A stretch of 64,000 nucleotides of DNA, from assembly GCA_030704615.1 (NCBI GenBank), contig CM060732.1, positions 73,904,001 to 73,968,000 of the forward strand, given 5' to 3'. Position numbers and translations under genes: made by a program. This document shows positions 1 to 13,035 of this stretch, piece after piece. Position 1 is the stretch's first letter; each line of letters starts with the position of its first letter. This DNA comes from Takakia lepidozioides. Taxonomy: Eukaryota > Plantae > Bryophyta. The notes under the pieces were generated by a model. It did not search any database and was not told the origin of the DNA. It saw nothing but the letters and a program-made list of their open reading frames with translations.

Positions 1-738
1 AAACCATGACGGCTTGTGCGCTATGGCTGTCATTAAGCCAATTGAACACGAGAGCTGTTTTCATAGCTGCCTTTGAAGTGTAGAGGAGTTCAGCAGGAAT
101 TTCATTCAAGCGATTGCACTTACTTTAGGCTCGATCAAAAAGGAAAAGAATAGGCTGACATATGGTGGTGGTTGATCCAAAGTAAACTCGGGCCTTGTTA
201 GGCAACCTGTTTGGCATCTATACAATGAAGAAGAGCAGGTGTTTTAGTTGTCACTAGGGGACATTGCAACTCAATCTTTGGATATGCAAATGGGAGTTCA
301 AGAGGGTCAAGGTTTGCAGTAAAGGGAAAGGGACGGGGCCTGGACAGGGCTTCAAAGAAAGAACTTGAAGAAACTCTTTCTGGTAGCCGGTAAGGAATAT
401 CAACAGATTCTGGACAAGTCAATATACCACTGTGTTAGTGAACTCTACACTAACCTCTTAAAGGCTACATGTTGAGTGCATATAGTTGCAAACGATGTGA
501 GGACCTGGATTTCAAGAGGGATAGCAAGGTGGTGATCTAGTCACCCTTTCCAACTACATTCACGTAATTGTGTTGCTGAATTTGCTGTGTTCACATGATT
601 AAATGTTGTGGGGTTGCCTGAGACACCCTTTGTAATGCCTTACCTACAGGGTCACAGAAAAAGGAAGATTCTGAAATGCAAGACAATCTGATGAAGATAG
701 AAACTTTATAAGGCCCACAGGGGGATGAGAGTGAGAGA

Positions 739-873
739 AATGAAATGAAATGGTGCTTTATAACGTCCGCGGAAAGCTCATAGAGCTTATGGGACAAAAT
801 GGAAGAAAACATGAGAGAGGAAACAAAACCACAGGCAAAAATAAAAACTATTGCTCGAGTGACTGTCTAAGGG
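739..873 (-). mobile_element. 5'-truncated copy of the (CATTT)n-tailed LINE in an F2KP intron, with 13-bp TSD
   Basis: Matches the 3' end of the LINE at 60714-64000. TGAGAGTGAGAGA occurs at 726-738 and at 874-886. Confidence 0.88.
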
Positions 874-1214
874 TGAGAGTGAGAGAGAAACCTTCCGTTT
901 CCCCCTTCTTTGACATACAACATAAGAGAAAGACAGAATGTAGTCATTGGACTTGGTTTCCCTTAGCCTTTGTCACCAGCAAGGGAGAGGGAGAAAAGAA
1001 GAAATGTATACATCCATTGGAAGCCATGGGACTAATAGATAGCTAAATTAAAACCAAGGGAATCATATTTAATAAGTTGGCATGTGGATCTTGGGGTCTT
1101 CACAAGCAAGTGCAATCCTCATCTCGGGTTTTAGGGGAAAAGAGAGTGATTCATGAGCAAGAGGATGGATGCTTGGATGGCGGGCGGATGGTGGGGTGAT
1201 TGTCTGGGAAGCAG

Positions 1215-1306
1215 GTGATATTTTTGGAGACCATCTGTAATGACCAAGCTGTGATCGACTTCAATGCCTGTGAAAAGATAAAGGCCAGCCCCGACTATGT
1301 GAACAT
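1215..1306 (+). other. F2KP alternative exon A (92 nt, [30 protein letters not shown]), duplicate of exon B
   Basis: cag|GTG...AT|gtgagt; same length and phase as exon B; no stop codon. Confidence 0.8.
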
Positions 1307-4300
1307 GTGAGTGGCCATGTGGGTGCTAGATTTGGCAAGTGCCCTTCAGCTCATATCATCCTTCCCTTCCTTGCCTCTGTGCATTTTGTGCAGGTCATTT
1401 TTTTGGAGACCATTTGCAACGACCAATCAGTGATCAACACCAACATTCAACTGAAGATTCAGCAAAGTCCCGACTATGGTGATGTGTGAGTTGCTGCAGA
1501 GAGTGTTGCTCCTCCCACTGTGGTTAAGATGTAAAGTAGCCAGAAGAACAGGAAGTGGGTAACGCACCATTTTTTGCACTCGATTCCACCCACTGCAAAG
1601 ATTGTGGACCCGGCTTCCATACAGGCTTCTGGTGTCAGGATGCCTGCTTCAATCTGCAGGGCCTCGTGCCTTTTGATAGCCACTTGCTTGGAAGTGGCAG
1701 AAATGGGCACATGCTTGGGACTCATCATACATGCCAACTGATGAAGTGTTCTGGTTGACTGCCACAATTTTTTGGTCATATGCAGATGAGAGTGTGCGTG
1801 TAAAGATCCAAAGCTGCATATAGTCCATTTCAAAGTGCAAGGGATGTTCCAGAAACAGACTTGTACTTATAAGGAACAATAACGCCAACCACATGTTGTT
1901 ACCACACACACACTCAGCTGCTGTTGTATGGAATGTCCCTCTCTGCATGCGCAGCCACTCATCCTTTGCAAGGGATACCCTTTGCTTGTATTTGTCAAGA
2001 TATTTCCACTCAGTTAAGGGTACAGTAGGTGAGTCTTCTGAGTATTAGTTCCGGACAGCCCATAATGTGTCGTCAACTTGTTTGTGTAACCACTTGGGTC
2101 CACGTTAACCTTTGCCCACTTTTGGAGCCCTGGCTAGAAGGCTGCTGGGAAGATTGATTTGCTTAAGGCAGGCGGTATGTATCAAGTGTTCTATCTTTTC
2201 TGTACACAATGTTGCTCAAGAACCGTGTTGGGGTTGAATCTTGCCATCCTCTTTTTTCTGTGCAGTCTAGCTATCATCTAGTCTAAAAATCCAGGTGCCC
2301 TGACAGCCATTGTTGGCATGCTAAGGCTATAGGGAGTTTGATCTGGGCTTACCATTTATAACTTACTATGGTTCCACCCCGCCTATTCCAATATTACGAG
2401 GCACTATTCAAGGAGACACCCTAAGCCCCTACCTATTATTATTCAGAAAGCCTCATTTGGGATCGCGCTCCTGCAGCTTCCCACAAGTTGAAATCACAGC
2501 TATGGAGGTGGTGCTGGGTGATCTGTTTATGAACCAGCCCCAAACCTCTGATCTGGGTTACGATTGATTCCCTCTTATCCTGTTTCATACAATTTCGCTT
2601 GGAGTCTTGTTCCCCACAAGTTATAACAACCATTGAAATGGGGCGTGGTTATTGTTGATTATCAGTTTATGAACCACCATGCAATCTGTGTGATGTCCAG
2701 GCTTACTCAGAGGTCCTCAGAGTGCAAAGTTGTTCTGCTTTTTGTTGTAACAGGCCCGATTATGAAACTGCCCTCACAGACTTCAAGACCCGCCTTCTGA
2801 ACTATGAGAAGGTGAGCCATACATGATCTCATTGACCTGGACAGAATTTTTGAACTTTTGGAAGGAAGTTGTAATGCCAACGCACATTTTAGTCCAGAGT
2901 GTTTGTGTTGGCATCATTTTTGACTGTATGGTGATTTGTGATCAGTGCCAAGGTGGTGCCCTGTAAGCTACACGTCTCAAAGATCTCTAATTGATTTCAA
3001 ATTGTGATTCCCTTTTGCCAGTCCTTGGAGTCCTCTTTGTTTTTGCAGTTTGAATTCTAATGTACATCGTCTACTCCACCCCGAATTCCTCTGATTTGGT
3101 ACAGGTTTATGAGCCAGTAACTGAAGGCTCCTATATCAAAATGATTGACATGGTCAGTGGCGAGGGAGGCCAAATGCAGGTGAGCTTGACAGTGGGTTAT
3201 ACTGTGGTCAGATAGTGCTCTGCTGGGTTGCTTAGCTTGCCCCCACAAGCCCAAGTCTCTTAAGACAACCCATCACTGTTCTAGGCAGCACAAAATGGCT
3301 CCTCGTGCATCATCTTGTGCAGAATGTAGAGCTGGTTGATAAGATTCATCGTCGTCATACTGTTTTTTAAGAGGCTGAACTCAGTTTGGCAGATGCACAA
3401 ATCCTAGATTTAGTTCGAGGCATAATTGGAAGTGCAGTGACATCATGAATGTTCCTCTAGACTCATGGCTACTGCATTTGCAATCCATATTGATGATTAA
3501 TTGACCATACTCAATAGGGCAAATGTTGTGGATGTGCAGGTGAACAACATCAGTGGATACCTACCTGGCCGCATTGTCTTCTTCCTGGTATGTTTAGGTG
3601 TTCCTTGTTGGGTTACACCTTCACCACTAATAACATAGGTAGTGTACATGAGCTCAAGGTTGTCAAATAAACCATTTTAAAACAGTGTCCAATTAGATGT
3701 CTGATGTCAAAATCGACAGAACTATACCTCATATAAATTGCATGTACCATGTTGTGTGGCTTGTAGAGATATACAACCACAGGTGACTAAGAAGTCCTGG
3801 ATGTATTGGGCTTCCAAAGGGTGCTCTCATGTGGTCAGTGTAGGCTCCCGGGATAGGTATTACCTTCTAGGCCCAGTTGAGGCTTACAAGTCCTGAGCTT
3901 GCCATAGTTGGTCAGCACTTGGTCTGAGATAGCATGCTCTCTTCCTGTGTCTTGCTGTAAGTCCTTTGATGACACCTGGGAGCCTATTCGTCTACCCTTA
4001 GATTTGTGAGATTTCATTACAAGATCACAGGAGTTACTAACACTTGCTTGCAAATCACCCACGCTATCCACAGCATTGAGGCCACTTACTACTGTATCAG
4101 CACGTCAAATCCACACCAGACAGCCTTTCATGTCACTGGTGTTCCCAATTCATGCATAAGAGTATCTGGTGTCACATCCACCATGTGACATGTAACATGT
4201 TCAATTACATGTTACAGACTGGCAGTGAAAGACTTTTAAAGTGAATTTTGGGAATGTTGGGACTTTTTTTTTGTTTTCCTGTAGGTGAATACACACATAA

Positions 4301-7300
4301 CACCACGGCCAATCCTGCTGACTCGGCACGGGGAGAGCCAGGACAATGTAACGGGTCGCATTGGTGGTGACCCTCTTCTCAGGTAATTCCCTTTTCCTGA
4401 ACTCAAATGGTAACCTTCAACACCTTGATGAAACTGCTAATTTTTATCTAGCCATAAGAAATATTTTGTTTCTTCCCAGTACTCATGAGGGAAAGCATCC
4501 TGCTGTACATAGTAGATGTCTAGTCCGTGGCTTAGCTGGAGACTTTTTCAGTTAACTCCTTTATCTTTTCAATATTGCAGAGAACATGGTGGACACACTT
4601 GTGGTGGGTAGTTGCGCGACTTTTGAGTGCATGTACTGCCTGTGCAATTGTCTTGTAGGAGCTAGCTTCTGGTAGTGGACTAAATCAAACTTGATGTGTC
4701 TGTCAGTGAGGCTGGAGAGAGGTATGCGCTCAAGTTGGCCGATTTTGTAAACAAGCGGCTCAAAACTGAGCGCACTGCCTCTGTAAATACCTTGAGCCTT
4801 GTTTCTCTTGTGATGCATTTGAATTCACACGGCCAGACATGCCTTCTTTCTTGTTTCTATGTCTCTGTCTTTCATTATCTTTGCATGACCTGCTCTGTGG
4901 ACCTTAGTACCATTTTCCTTTACAAAATTGTGAGTTTCTGGTACTCCGTGAGTCACTCATGGCCACCCATGCAGTTATGGACAAGCACTTTGAGGAGGAC
5001 ATTAGTTACGGCACGCCACATCGTTGGGTTTCCTAAGGTATAGTAAATTCATATGCTACTTCACTGATGGAGAAGTGAAAGTCCTCAGCCATGCTGTGTA
5101 TGGTTTCATTACAAGGCTCAAAGATTCACAATTGTGGATAGGGTCCTTAGCTGCTAGACATTGCAAATATCAGCAAAGGCAGCAGCCTTTCAATTTTGGC
5201 CTAATTATTTCCGGTTAGCTTCATTAACTGAGAATGCTGTACAAGGCTGTCTTGCCAAGAAACTCTTGAAGGTCTGTGCAGGTCCTTGATTGCACCCATC
5301 CACAATGTTTACACAGATGTGAGTGTTCTATGTGCCTATAGAAGAAAGTCAGTAGCTTGTGGCCTGGCATTATTCCATTTCTTGACGCACTTGGATGTGT
5401 GGCTCAACCAAAGGATGTGGTTACAAATCAGTTTAACAAGTTATAAGTTGAAAAGGTGCAATGGCGGGCTCTGGATGAAATCAATGCTGGCGAGTGTGAT
5501 GGAATGACATACCTGGAGATCAAAGAGTCCATGCCTGAAGAGTACCAGTATGTGACCCTTACCTTCATCACAATCTTCCTCATGCATGTGGCAAACACAC
5601 ACCTTTGAATGACATCCCCCTTCTTGCTAGTAGCTTCCTAAATTCGCCTTTGGGAGTAGTGAAGCATCGCTCGGAATACCTTAATAAGGAACCATTCCTA
5701 TGCCTGCCATGTACCTTTTTCCCCAGCCTTGAGCTGCATCAGAGTGACTATTTGGATCTGTTGTGGCGGAAAACTGCAAACCTAGCTGGCAAGACTTAGT
5801 GAAATTGGGATCTATTGGACGAAAGCTTTGTGGCAATGTTTACTACGTAAGAGCAGCCTCGTGCACCTCAACAGGTTAGCATTAGGTTAGGAACATGAGA
5901 GCATAAAGACGTGCCTTGTTCATATCTGTCAGCCTTCTTCTATCAGGGTGAGAAATTCACCCTTCTGGTCTTAAGTTTGTACTTGAATGAAGAATGGGAG
6001 GTCCATGATGCTACTCAAGTGCAACTCTTACTAAATCTGGCGCATTTTCCTCAGTTTTAACTGTCATTTGTATCTTGCACGGGGAACTAGATATTGCATC
6101 ACAGCAGCCTTGCAATATCAAAACGTGCAGCAGTTTTCTCTCTCAAGTGACCATAATGAATAAATCAAGGCCTTGTCAGGTAATTGCCATTTTAATCGTC
6201 TTATTACACAGGGCTCGGAAGTTGGATAAGCTCAGATATCGATACCCACGTGGGGAGTCCTACTTGGATGTCATCCAAAGGTACACTTTTGAGACACTGT
6301 GTTGTTGTATTACAGGTCTCATAGCTGGTTGATAGGGCTGCCCAGGCATATTTCTGACTAATTCGACTGTGGGGGAGGGTTGGTGCAGATTAGAGCCAGT
6401 AATAATTGAGTTAGAAAGGCAACGCTCACCTGTAGTGGTGATTGCCCACCAAGTGAGTACTGTGTCCTTTTCTTCATGCCAAGTCTGAGCCCAACATAGG
6501 ATTTCTTTTTCGGGCTATCATGATGTAATGTAGGGTCTGCGGGTGCTCGTACTCCTGAGAGAGAAGAAACCACGTCTACCAGACAGAAAGAAAGAATCAA
6601 AGAAGAATGATATCTATCATGGTCCAAGGAATACAAGCAGAACAACACAGAAGAATCAGAATGATTGTTCTAGGATAATTTTCCTTCCCCTCACATTAAA
6701 GAGGGAATAGAATAGAGAGATGAGGGGCTGCTTGTTGTTAGACATGTATGTCATAGTGTAAAGGATGTGAATTTGGATAAGTTGCCTACATCTTACACTG
6801 TGGTGGCATCAGGCTATACTGCGCTCTTTGTATGCGTACTTCATGGACAAACCTCTGAAAGAAGTTCCACATATTGAGGTTCCTCCCTAATTCCCTCTCC
6901 TCAATGTACTCATGATTGAAGTGTTTTGTTTTACTACATTGCCTTACTACCATAGCCTCCATGGCTGACGATCAACATAATTGCGTGATGATCTTTGTTT
7001 GGAGCCCCTATAGCTCTCTCACAGCCAATGCAGACCATTTGGAAGACTCAGTTTTACTGCGGTTGGTGCTAAATTCAAGTGGGACAGTTTGCAGTAAGGT
7101 AGAGCATGCTGTTACTAACTTCAGGACTACTTGTGATAGCAGTGGAGCACTAACCATCACCTGTCAGTATGTTGAGCCTGTGAGGTCAGCCAAAGCATGT
7201 AGTATGTCGATGCGTACCTCGCATGAGTCTTAGAACGGCCCAGAATTTACTGCTATATAGTCAGGCTGTCTTCTTCAGTTATTCTCAGCCTTTGGATGGG

Positions 7301-7420
7301 ATGCAGATGCCCCTGCATACAATCATTGAGATCCAACTGGGAGTGACGGGTGTACAAGAGAAACGCTACAAACTCATGGAAACAAGCAGCTGGGTTCCAA
7401 GCCATGACATTGAGGGGTAA
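1215..7420 (+). CDS. F2KP: Bifunctional 6-phosphofructo-2-kinase/fructose-2,6-bisphosphatase, 3' part (5' exons lie upstream of the window). Exons: 1215-1306 or 1394-1485 (alternatives), 2754-2811, 3105-3179, 3540-3587, 4285-4382, 4707-4782, 4975-5037, 5456-5547, 6212-6280, 6389-6452, 6813-6878, 7307-7420
   Basis: All exons are AG/GT bounded and phase-consistent. Spliced peptide includes IFLETICND...[38 protein letters not shown] (phosphatase RHG motif), [37 protein letters not shown] and [24 protein letters not shown]. Confidence 0.96.
1394..1485 (+). other. F2KP alternative exon B (92 nt, [30 protein letters not shown]), closest to the canonical plant sequence
   Basis: Pyrimidine tract plus cag|GTC...GT|gtgagt; LKIQQSPDY as in angiosperm F2KP. 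Confidence 0.92.
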
Positions 7421-8489
7421 GGCTCCTTCAACAAGCTAAGTTCATCGCTGGTGTGTCAACAACAATTGTGTCCTCTCAAAGCTCCTTTTGGACGGACCTG
7501 CATATTTAATGTATGTAATAATGATCTCTCACACACTAATCATCTAGACCCATAGGGTAAGGAATTGATTTCAAATATATTCCTGCCAGCAGGTGCTGTC
7601 ACAGCAAAAGCTAATATTTGGTTGCAAAATGATTGTTGGGTTCTGGTTACTTCACAGAAATGAATAGGATTGTTGTAAGATTTGGATGAGGTTCTACTTG
7701 TTTTAGAAGAGAAATGAACAGAATTGAATGGATTTACCACAAAAGCACATCCAGAGGAAGGCTTGAAAAAAATTCGGCTGAAGGACAAAAGTTTATTCAA
7801 ATGAGGCAAAGTCAAGAAGCACCACCAATTGCTCCTCAGGGGCTCGGTGGATGGTTGTAGTCAGCTTTGAAGACTGTTGTGAATATACTATGATCTTTAC
7901 AGTATTTTTGAATCTTGGTGAATCAAATAAAACTTGACATGTTTGCAGTGAACAGTCTTTGCATCTGTTCTTAGTATTTGTGCAGTCAGCATGGAGTACC
8001 CACATTCTAGCGCAGACATATATGGCCTCAAGCTAGTGTGTAGGACAAGTCCCAACCGAAGGACAGCTTTCTAGAAATGACCCTCATGATCGGTAGGAGA
8101 TTAATTTTAGACAACTTGAAAGAAAGAAAGAGTTGACATAAAATAAAGCTTTTAACTCAATATGCGTGCCATTGAGGGGCTGAAAGGAAAGAAGTGTGCA
8201 GTTTAGGACAGGAGAAGTCTGTTGGTGGTCTACACAGTGCCGTTTATAAACAGCAGGTAGGTCAATCGATCGTCAACTCAGAGAATATTCCAACAAATAG
8301 GCCACAATACTCGTGGAAGTAAGAACTCTTGTCTCTAGTCTTGCCAGTGAGGATCTTGGGTATGATACCCATAGTTGTATGCATTGGCTCTTCACAAAGT
8401 TAATTTTTCCTTGTTTTAGTACTAAAAATTAAACAGCCTCCCCTTTTCTTAAAATTAAAAATAGTTAGCCTTTCTGATTTGGTTGTGCC

Positions 8490-8659
8490 ATATATATATA
8501 TATGACGCCTCTCGCAGGAAGCGCAAATTATGGTGGCTCTTGACCCCAAAGGGCTACTGCCTTCCAGCAAGAAGGTGGACACCTTTGTGAGACCATTGGT
8601 GGATTGAACCCACAACCACTTCTGAGGTGGTATGTGCCCATGACCATTGGGCTACAACT
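8490..8659 (-). mobile_element. tRNA-derived SINE
   Basis: Minus strand has A box TAGCCCAATGG (8654-8644), B box GGTTCAATCC (8610-8601) and a (TA)n tail; highly similar to the copy at 44201-44370. Confidence 0.8.
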
Positions 8660-9026
8660 TGGTTGTCTGGTTATGCCCCCACTTTGTGGTTAGTGGGACC
8701 TTGCAAAGCTACCATGCCAACAGTTGTCGGCAGTCTTCATTCTGCGCCCAATATAGCCCAAGACAAGTTGTAGAGAGAGAGAGAAAGAAGAGACAACACC
8801 GTACAAGCTGCTAGTATAGATTAGCACCTCCTTCTTAGTTGTGATCTTCTTTTTCTTTTTTTGGTTCTTTTGTGTCCACAACAGTCTCTAACTGTTTGTT
8901 GTAGAATTTGCGGCTGCATAACAATTCCTCAGTTAGGTTATGGAATGGTCAATACTGATCGCTGTTGCCATTGTTCCCGTGGATGCATTACAAGTATTAT
9001 GGAATGGTCAATACTCCTGTATTTAC

Positions 9027-9894
9027 CAGTGTTGGGCGGTTCTTGCATTTGTGAAGGAACCTTCGGTTCCGGTTCCAAAATTATTTCAAGAGACGGTTCC
9101 GGATCCGGTTCCGGTTTTTTTTTATTGAGCCGGTTCCGGTCCGGTTCCGGATCCAACTTTTAAACATGGGGGCGGTTCCGGTTACCGGTTAGTTGCTGAT
9201 AAAAACCATCGGTTCCGGTTAGGTTCCGGTTCTATTTTAAATATATATTTGTTTAATTTAATTAGATTTAAAATATTTTATCAGTCCGGTAGATTAAATA
9301 GCAGTGTATTCACATATTTGAACTAAAATCCAACGATTTTGTTAGTTTTCACTAACACAAAAAAACAAACAAAAATACTCTAAATAAACTGGTAGAAGAA
9401 AATGGGTAAAATTTTATGGGTTGAAAGTACTATTCAGCTACCTGGCAAGTATTGGCATCTTCAAACATTTTATTAATGAACTTAGCCAGGATATCATGGA
9501 GCTGGAGATTGAACCCAAGATCTCATGGCGCTGAAGCATTGAACATAGAATCTCATGGCCTTCAAGCATTGAACCCAGGATCTCAGGAGCTTAAGAGCAT
9601 TAAATAAGTTTTTCCCTGGGCCCACCAGCCCCACCAAGGGGTCAAGAACCAAGAACCGGACTTAGAAGCGCTTTGGTAGGTACTAGAGACATTTAGGGCT
9701 ACAGCCCACGGGTGGACCGGAACCGGAACCGGAACCGCTTTGGAGCTGGAACCGCCGGTTCCCACACATGTGGTCGTAGCTGGAACCGCCGGTTCCGGTT
9801 CTGCACAGGCGGGTCGGGTTCCGGTCCGGTTCCACATAACCGGAACCGGAACCGGCGGTTACCCGGGGCCCAGGCGGGTAACCGCCCAACACTG
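9027..9894. mobile_element. Non-autonomous hAT element (MITE)
   Basis: TIR CAGTGTTGGGCGGTT...AACCGCCCAACACTG; 8-bp TSD GTATTTAC (9019-9026, 9895-9902); many subterminal CCGGTT/GGAACC repeats. Confidence 0.92.
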
Positions 9895-11034
9895 GTATTT
9901 ACGTTCTGATATTGTGTTTGCCTGTGAGTTTTGGTTGCATCTGTTGAGTTATTTGTTCAATTTTTCTGTTAGGTTATGTAAGAATGTATATGATTGGATT
10001 AGTGGTTGTTGGTCAAAACCACATAAAGTTTGTTGGCTCCTCCCTCAAGAGGAGACCACGCAGTGCCAAAATGGAAGAAGATCCTGATATACCTTTGCCG
10101 GAAAACACCCAAAAATAACAGATATACCTTCACTAGTTAACATTCCTCCTGATATTAATGAGCATCAAATATTAATTTATATTATTGTTTTTGTTTATGT
10201 GAAATATGTTTTTAACCATAACAGCCACCGGTAAATGGCTGGAGACCGGTGAAAGCCGGTCGCTATTTCTTCTCTTCTTCCCTGCTCTCTTGTTAAGGGG
10301 GCTTGGAGGCTCATCTATCGTAGTGAGCAAATGAGCGCCTGAAAGTTATGAGGGTAGAGTAAGGTTTATCTATTATAGTGGGGCGGCAAGAGCTGAGAGT
10401 TATGAGGTGTGGAGTTGAACGATTGAGCAGCAGCAGCGGTGACTTTTTTTTTGGGGAAGCAAGTGGATGCAGCGATGGACAGCTCGACAGTGAAGGGGGC
10501 ATGCAGGCTGAGATATCTGCCAAGCAACACATGCATTGCAACAAAAGTGATTCTTCTTCTTTTTGCTACACTTAGAACACAACACACGAGTTGGTGGGTG
10601 TGGAGGATAGCTTGGCAATGGCCATATGGAGAATATTTCAGTGTTTTTCAGCCAGAGTTTCAACAAGTATTTCAATATTTCAGCTTTTTCTTCGACAAAT
10701 ATTTCAATATCTCAGTCAGCTTCAACAAACATCTCAATATTTCAGTAATTCAGTAAATTGAAAGATCCGTTTATAGTATCATACATTAATATTTAATTTT
10801 TACTTTATGGTACATGTTCATTTAAGTAATTGTTGAATTTTTAAAAAAAAGAAAAAGATCAAAAGTAAAATTTATGGGAGGATTTGATGATTAGTATATT
10901 TTCAATTGCCAAAGTTGTCAATAAACTATAATATAATAAGCTGAATGTTATTATATATTTTCTCATAACAGATATTCTAGACTCTATTATAGGGAATTTG
11001 TTTTGTAATTTACTATTTATTTTATCTACAAATA

Positions 11035-11489
11035 CCGTAGTCGGCAGGCTGATTCTAAATAATTAGAAATGAACATGCCTAATAAATAAGTGAAATTAAA
11101 AAAAACAATTGTCGAAATTTCAGAAATTTCATAAAAAAATGCCTAAAATCTCAAACAAACTACTCAAAGATGTTTCAAGGCACAAAATATTTTCCTAGAG
11201 CTTGTGGTGCTTTAGCTCTGAGAAATCCTAGAATAATTGGCTGAACAATCAATGCATTTAATGATTGACCAGATGCTCTCATGGCTCTTATCAACCCACA
11301 TAATTCTCTTACCACATCTGGTACAGTAGATAGAGCAAGTCCATGCTAGGAGTCACCACCGAATTACTTAAAATCTCCTCTTGGCATTGCCGTAAAATCT
11401 AGAAATTTCCTTAAGTTATGCCGGAGTGATTTGTTGTAAAGAAAATAAATATTCGGCACTTCACCGCCGGATCAGCCTGCCGACTACGG
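11035..11489. mobile_element. Tc1/mariner/pogo-type MITE
   Basis: Perfect 19-bp TIR CCGTAGTCGGCAGGCTGAT...ATCAGCCTGCCGACTACGG, flanked by TA on both sides; AT-rich interior. Confidence 0.88.
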
Positions 11490-11596
11490 TAAATCCAGGG
11501 ACTCTGGTATATATATATATAACATTTTCAATATAACATTTTAAATGAATATTTTACTCTCAAGGTGGAGCCATTATGCGACTAGCTGAATATCAT

Positions 11597-11690
11597 GAAG
11601 GTGTCCACCTTCCCATTGGAAGGTTGTAGCCCTTTGGGTCAAGCCCCTCCATGTCAAGTAACACCGCAAGTTTGGCAATAGTCAACATTA
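11597..11690 (+). mobile_element. Degenerate 3' fragment of the tRNA-SINE family
   Basis: ggtgtccaccttcccattggaaggttgtagccctttgggtcaag aligns with the SINE 3' domain. Confidence 0.55.
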
Positions 11691-13035
11691 ATCGCATATT
11701 ATGAAAGTCGTACCATGCTAATTTATTTTGTACCACACGTCGTGTTTGTAAATGCCAAAATCTCTTGATTTGTATCCTTGCCGCAAATATATATAACACG
11801 CAACCCAAATGTTTGACCAAACCACTTGTTAGTTTGAAGGGTCCATGAAAGTATTGTGATCACAAGATTTTCTGAGCTCAGCGATGCAAAAGGATACAAA
11901 ACATGCCTGAGCCCCAGAGGTTCTGGTAACTTTAGTTTTGGGATTGTCTTATTCATTATTAGCATTGTTTGACATTATTGTTCCTAGTTTTAACTTGATT
12001 AGGTAGAGAGCCCTTGTCCCCTTCTCTCTTCTTTTTCTTTCTTTTTTGGTCTGTTGGGGGAGGAAGCCTTGACCCCTTCCTGAAATAATCTTAAGAGAAA
12101 ACAAATTGTGTAAGGGGTGTTTGTTATTTTCTTATTTTGGCACGCTTGGAGACAAAGGGGGGAGGAGCCGTTGAGCGAGAGTGAAGGCGTAGCATAACGG
12201 CTCCTGTCTCTCTGTCTGTCTACGCACCAGTCAACAACTATGGCGCGTTGTTTGTCCTCCACAGTGCCACCCTCACATCGTGACAAAGCCCACCGTCTCA
12301 GGGGCGTCAACTTCTATACATGGGAGCTGATCTTACTGTTTGATTCACAATACCCATCTCTTCAAATCTCACTCTCTCCTTGATTTCCCTCTGTCTTCTG
12401 TCTGTGTTCCCATCAGACCACGCTGTGGTGAGGAGCGCGCAGAGGCAGTTCTGGTGCTGAAAATGCATTACGCGTTACCCGTTGTCTCTGTGTCAGGTTG
12501 CAGTGCGTTGCGGTCCTTTCGGGTAGTCAGCACCTAAGTGAGACGCATGCACTTAGGGTGCTGGTGGAAGGCTGCCCCTATTTTTCGGTGGAGGTTGTTT
12601 TCTGGAAGTGTGTATGTCTGTCTCTTCGGGAGCTTGCGTGGAATCCGTCGGAAGCATTGTAACTCTTCGAGCTGCAGCACCACCTGTGATCATCATCCGC
12701 ACCGAACCGTGGCTCTTTGTTGTCAAGTTTAGGATAACTGTACCATTCCTTCTCTGAATTCACCATGTTGACTTGGTGTACTTAGTTTCGGTCGTCATTT
12801 CCTGCTTTGAGCTGATAGGATCCAATGACATTCTGTCGCCATTTGTTTTCTTACCTGCCAATGCATCCTAATCGTCAAGTTTAGTCTCGGTTTGCCGACA
12901 AATCAGCTACCTTCCCTGATACTCTGAATCTCAATTGGAGCCATCAATTTGGAATGCTGGGCGAATTTCTGTGCCTGCAAAGTATTCAGCACATTGTCCC
13001 CGTCATCGAACACATTGAAATTTCCACGTGTGGAG

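Noticed and set aside
8861-10087. ORFs with PEPEP, GSGSG or NRNRN repeats
   Set aside because: They are translations of the CCGGTT subterminal repeats of the hAT MITE.
12949-13035. Longer N-terminus of the AP2 ORF
   Set aside because: It depends on a TTG start; the first ATG is at 13036.
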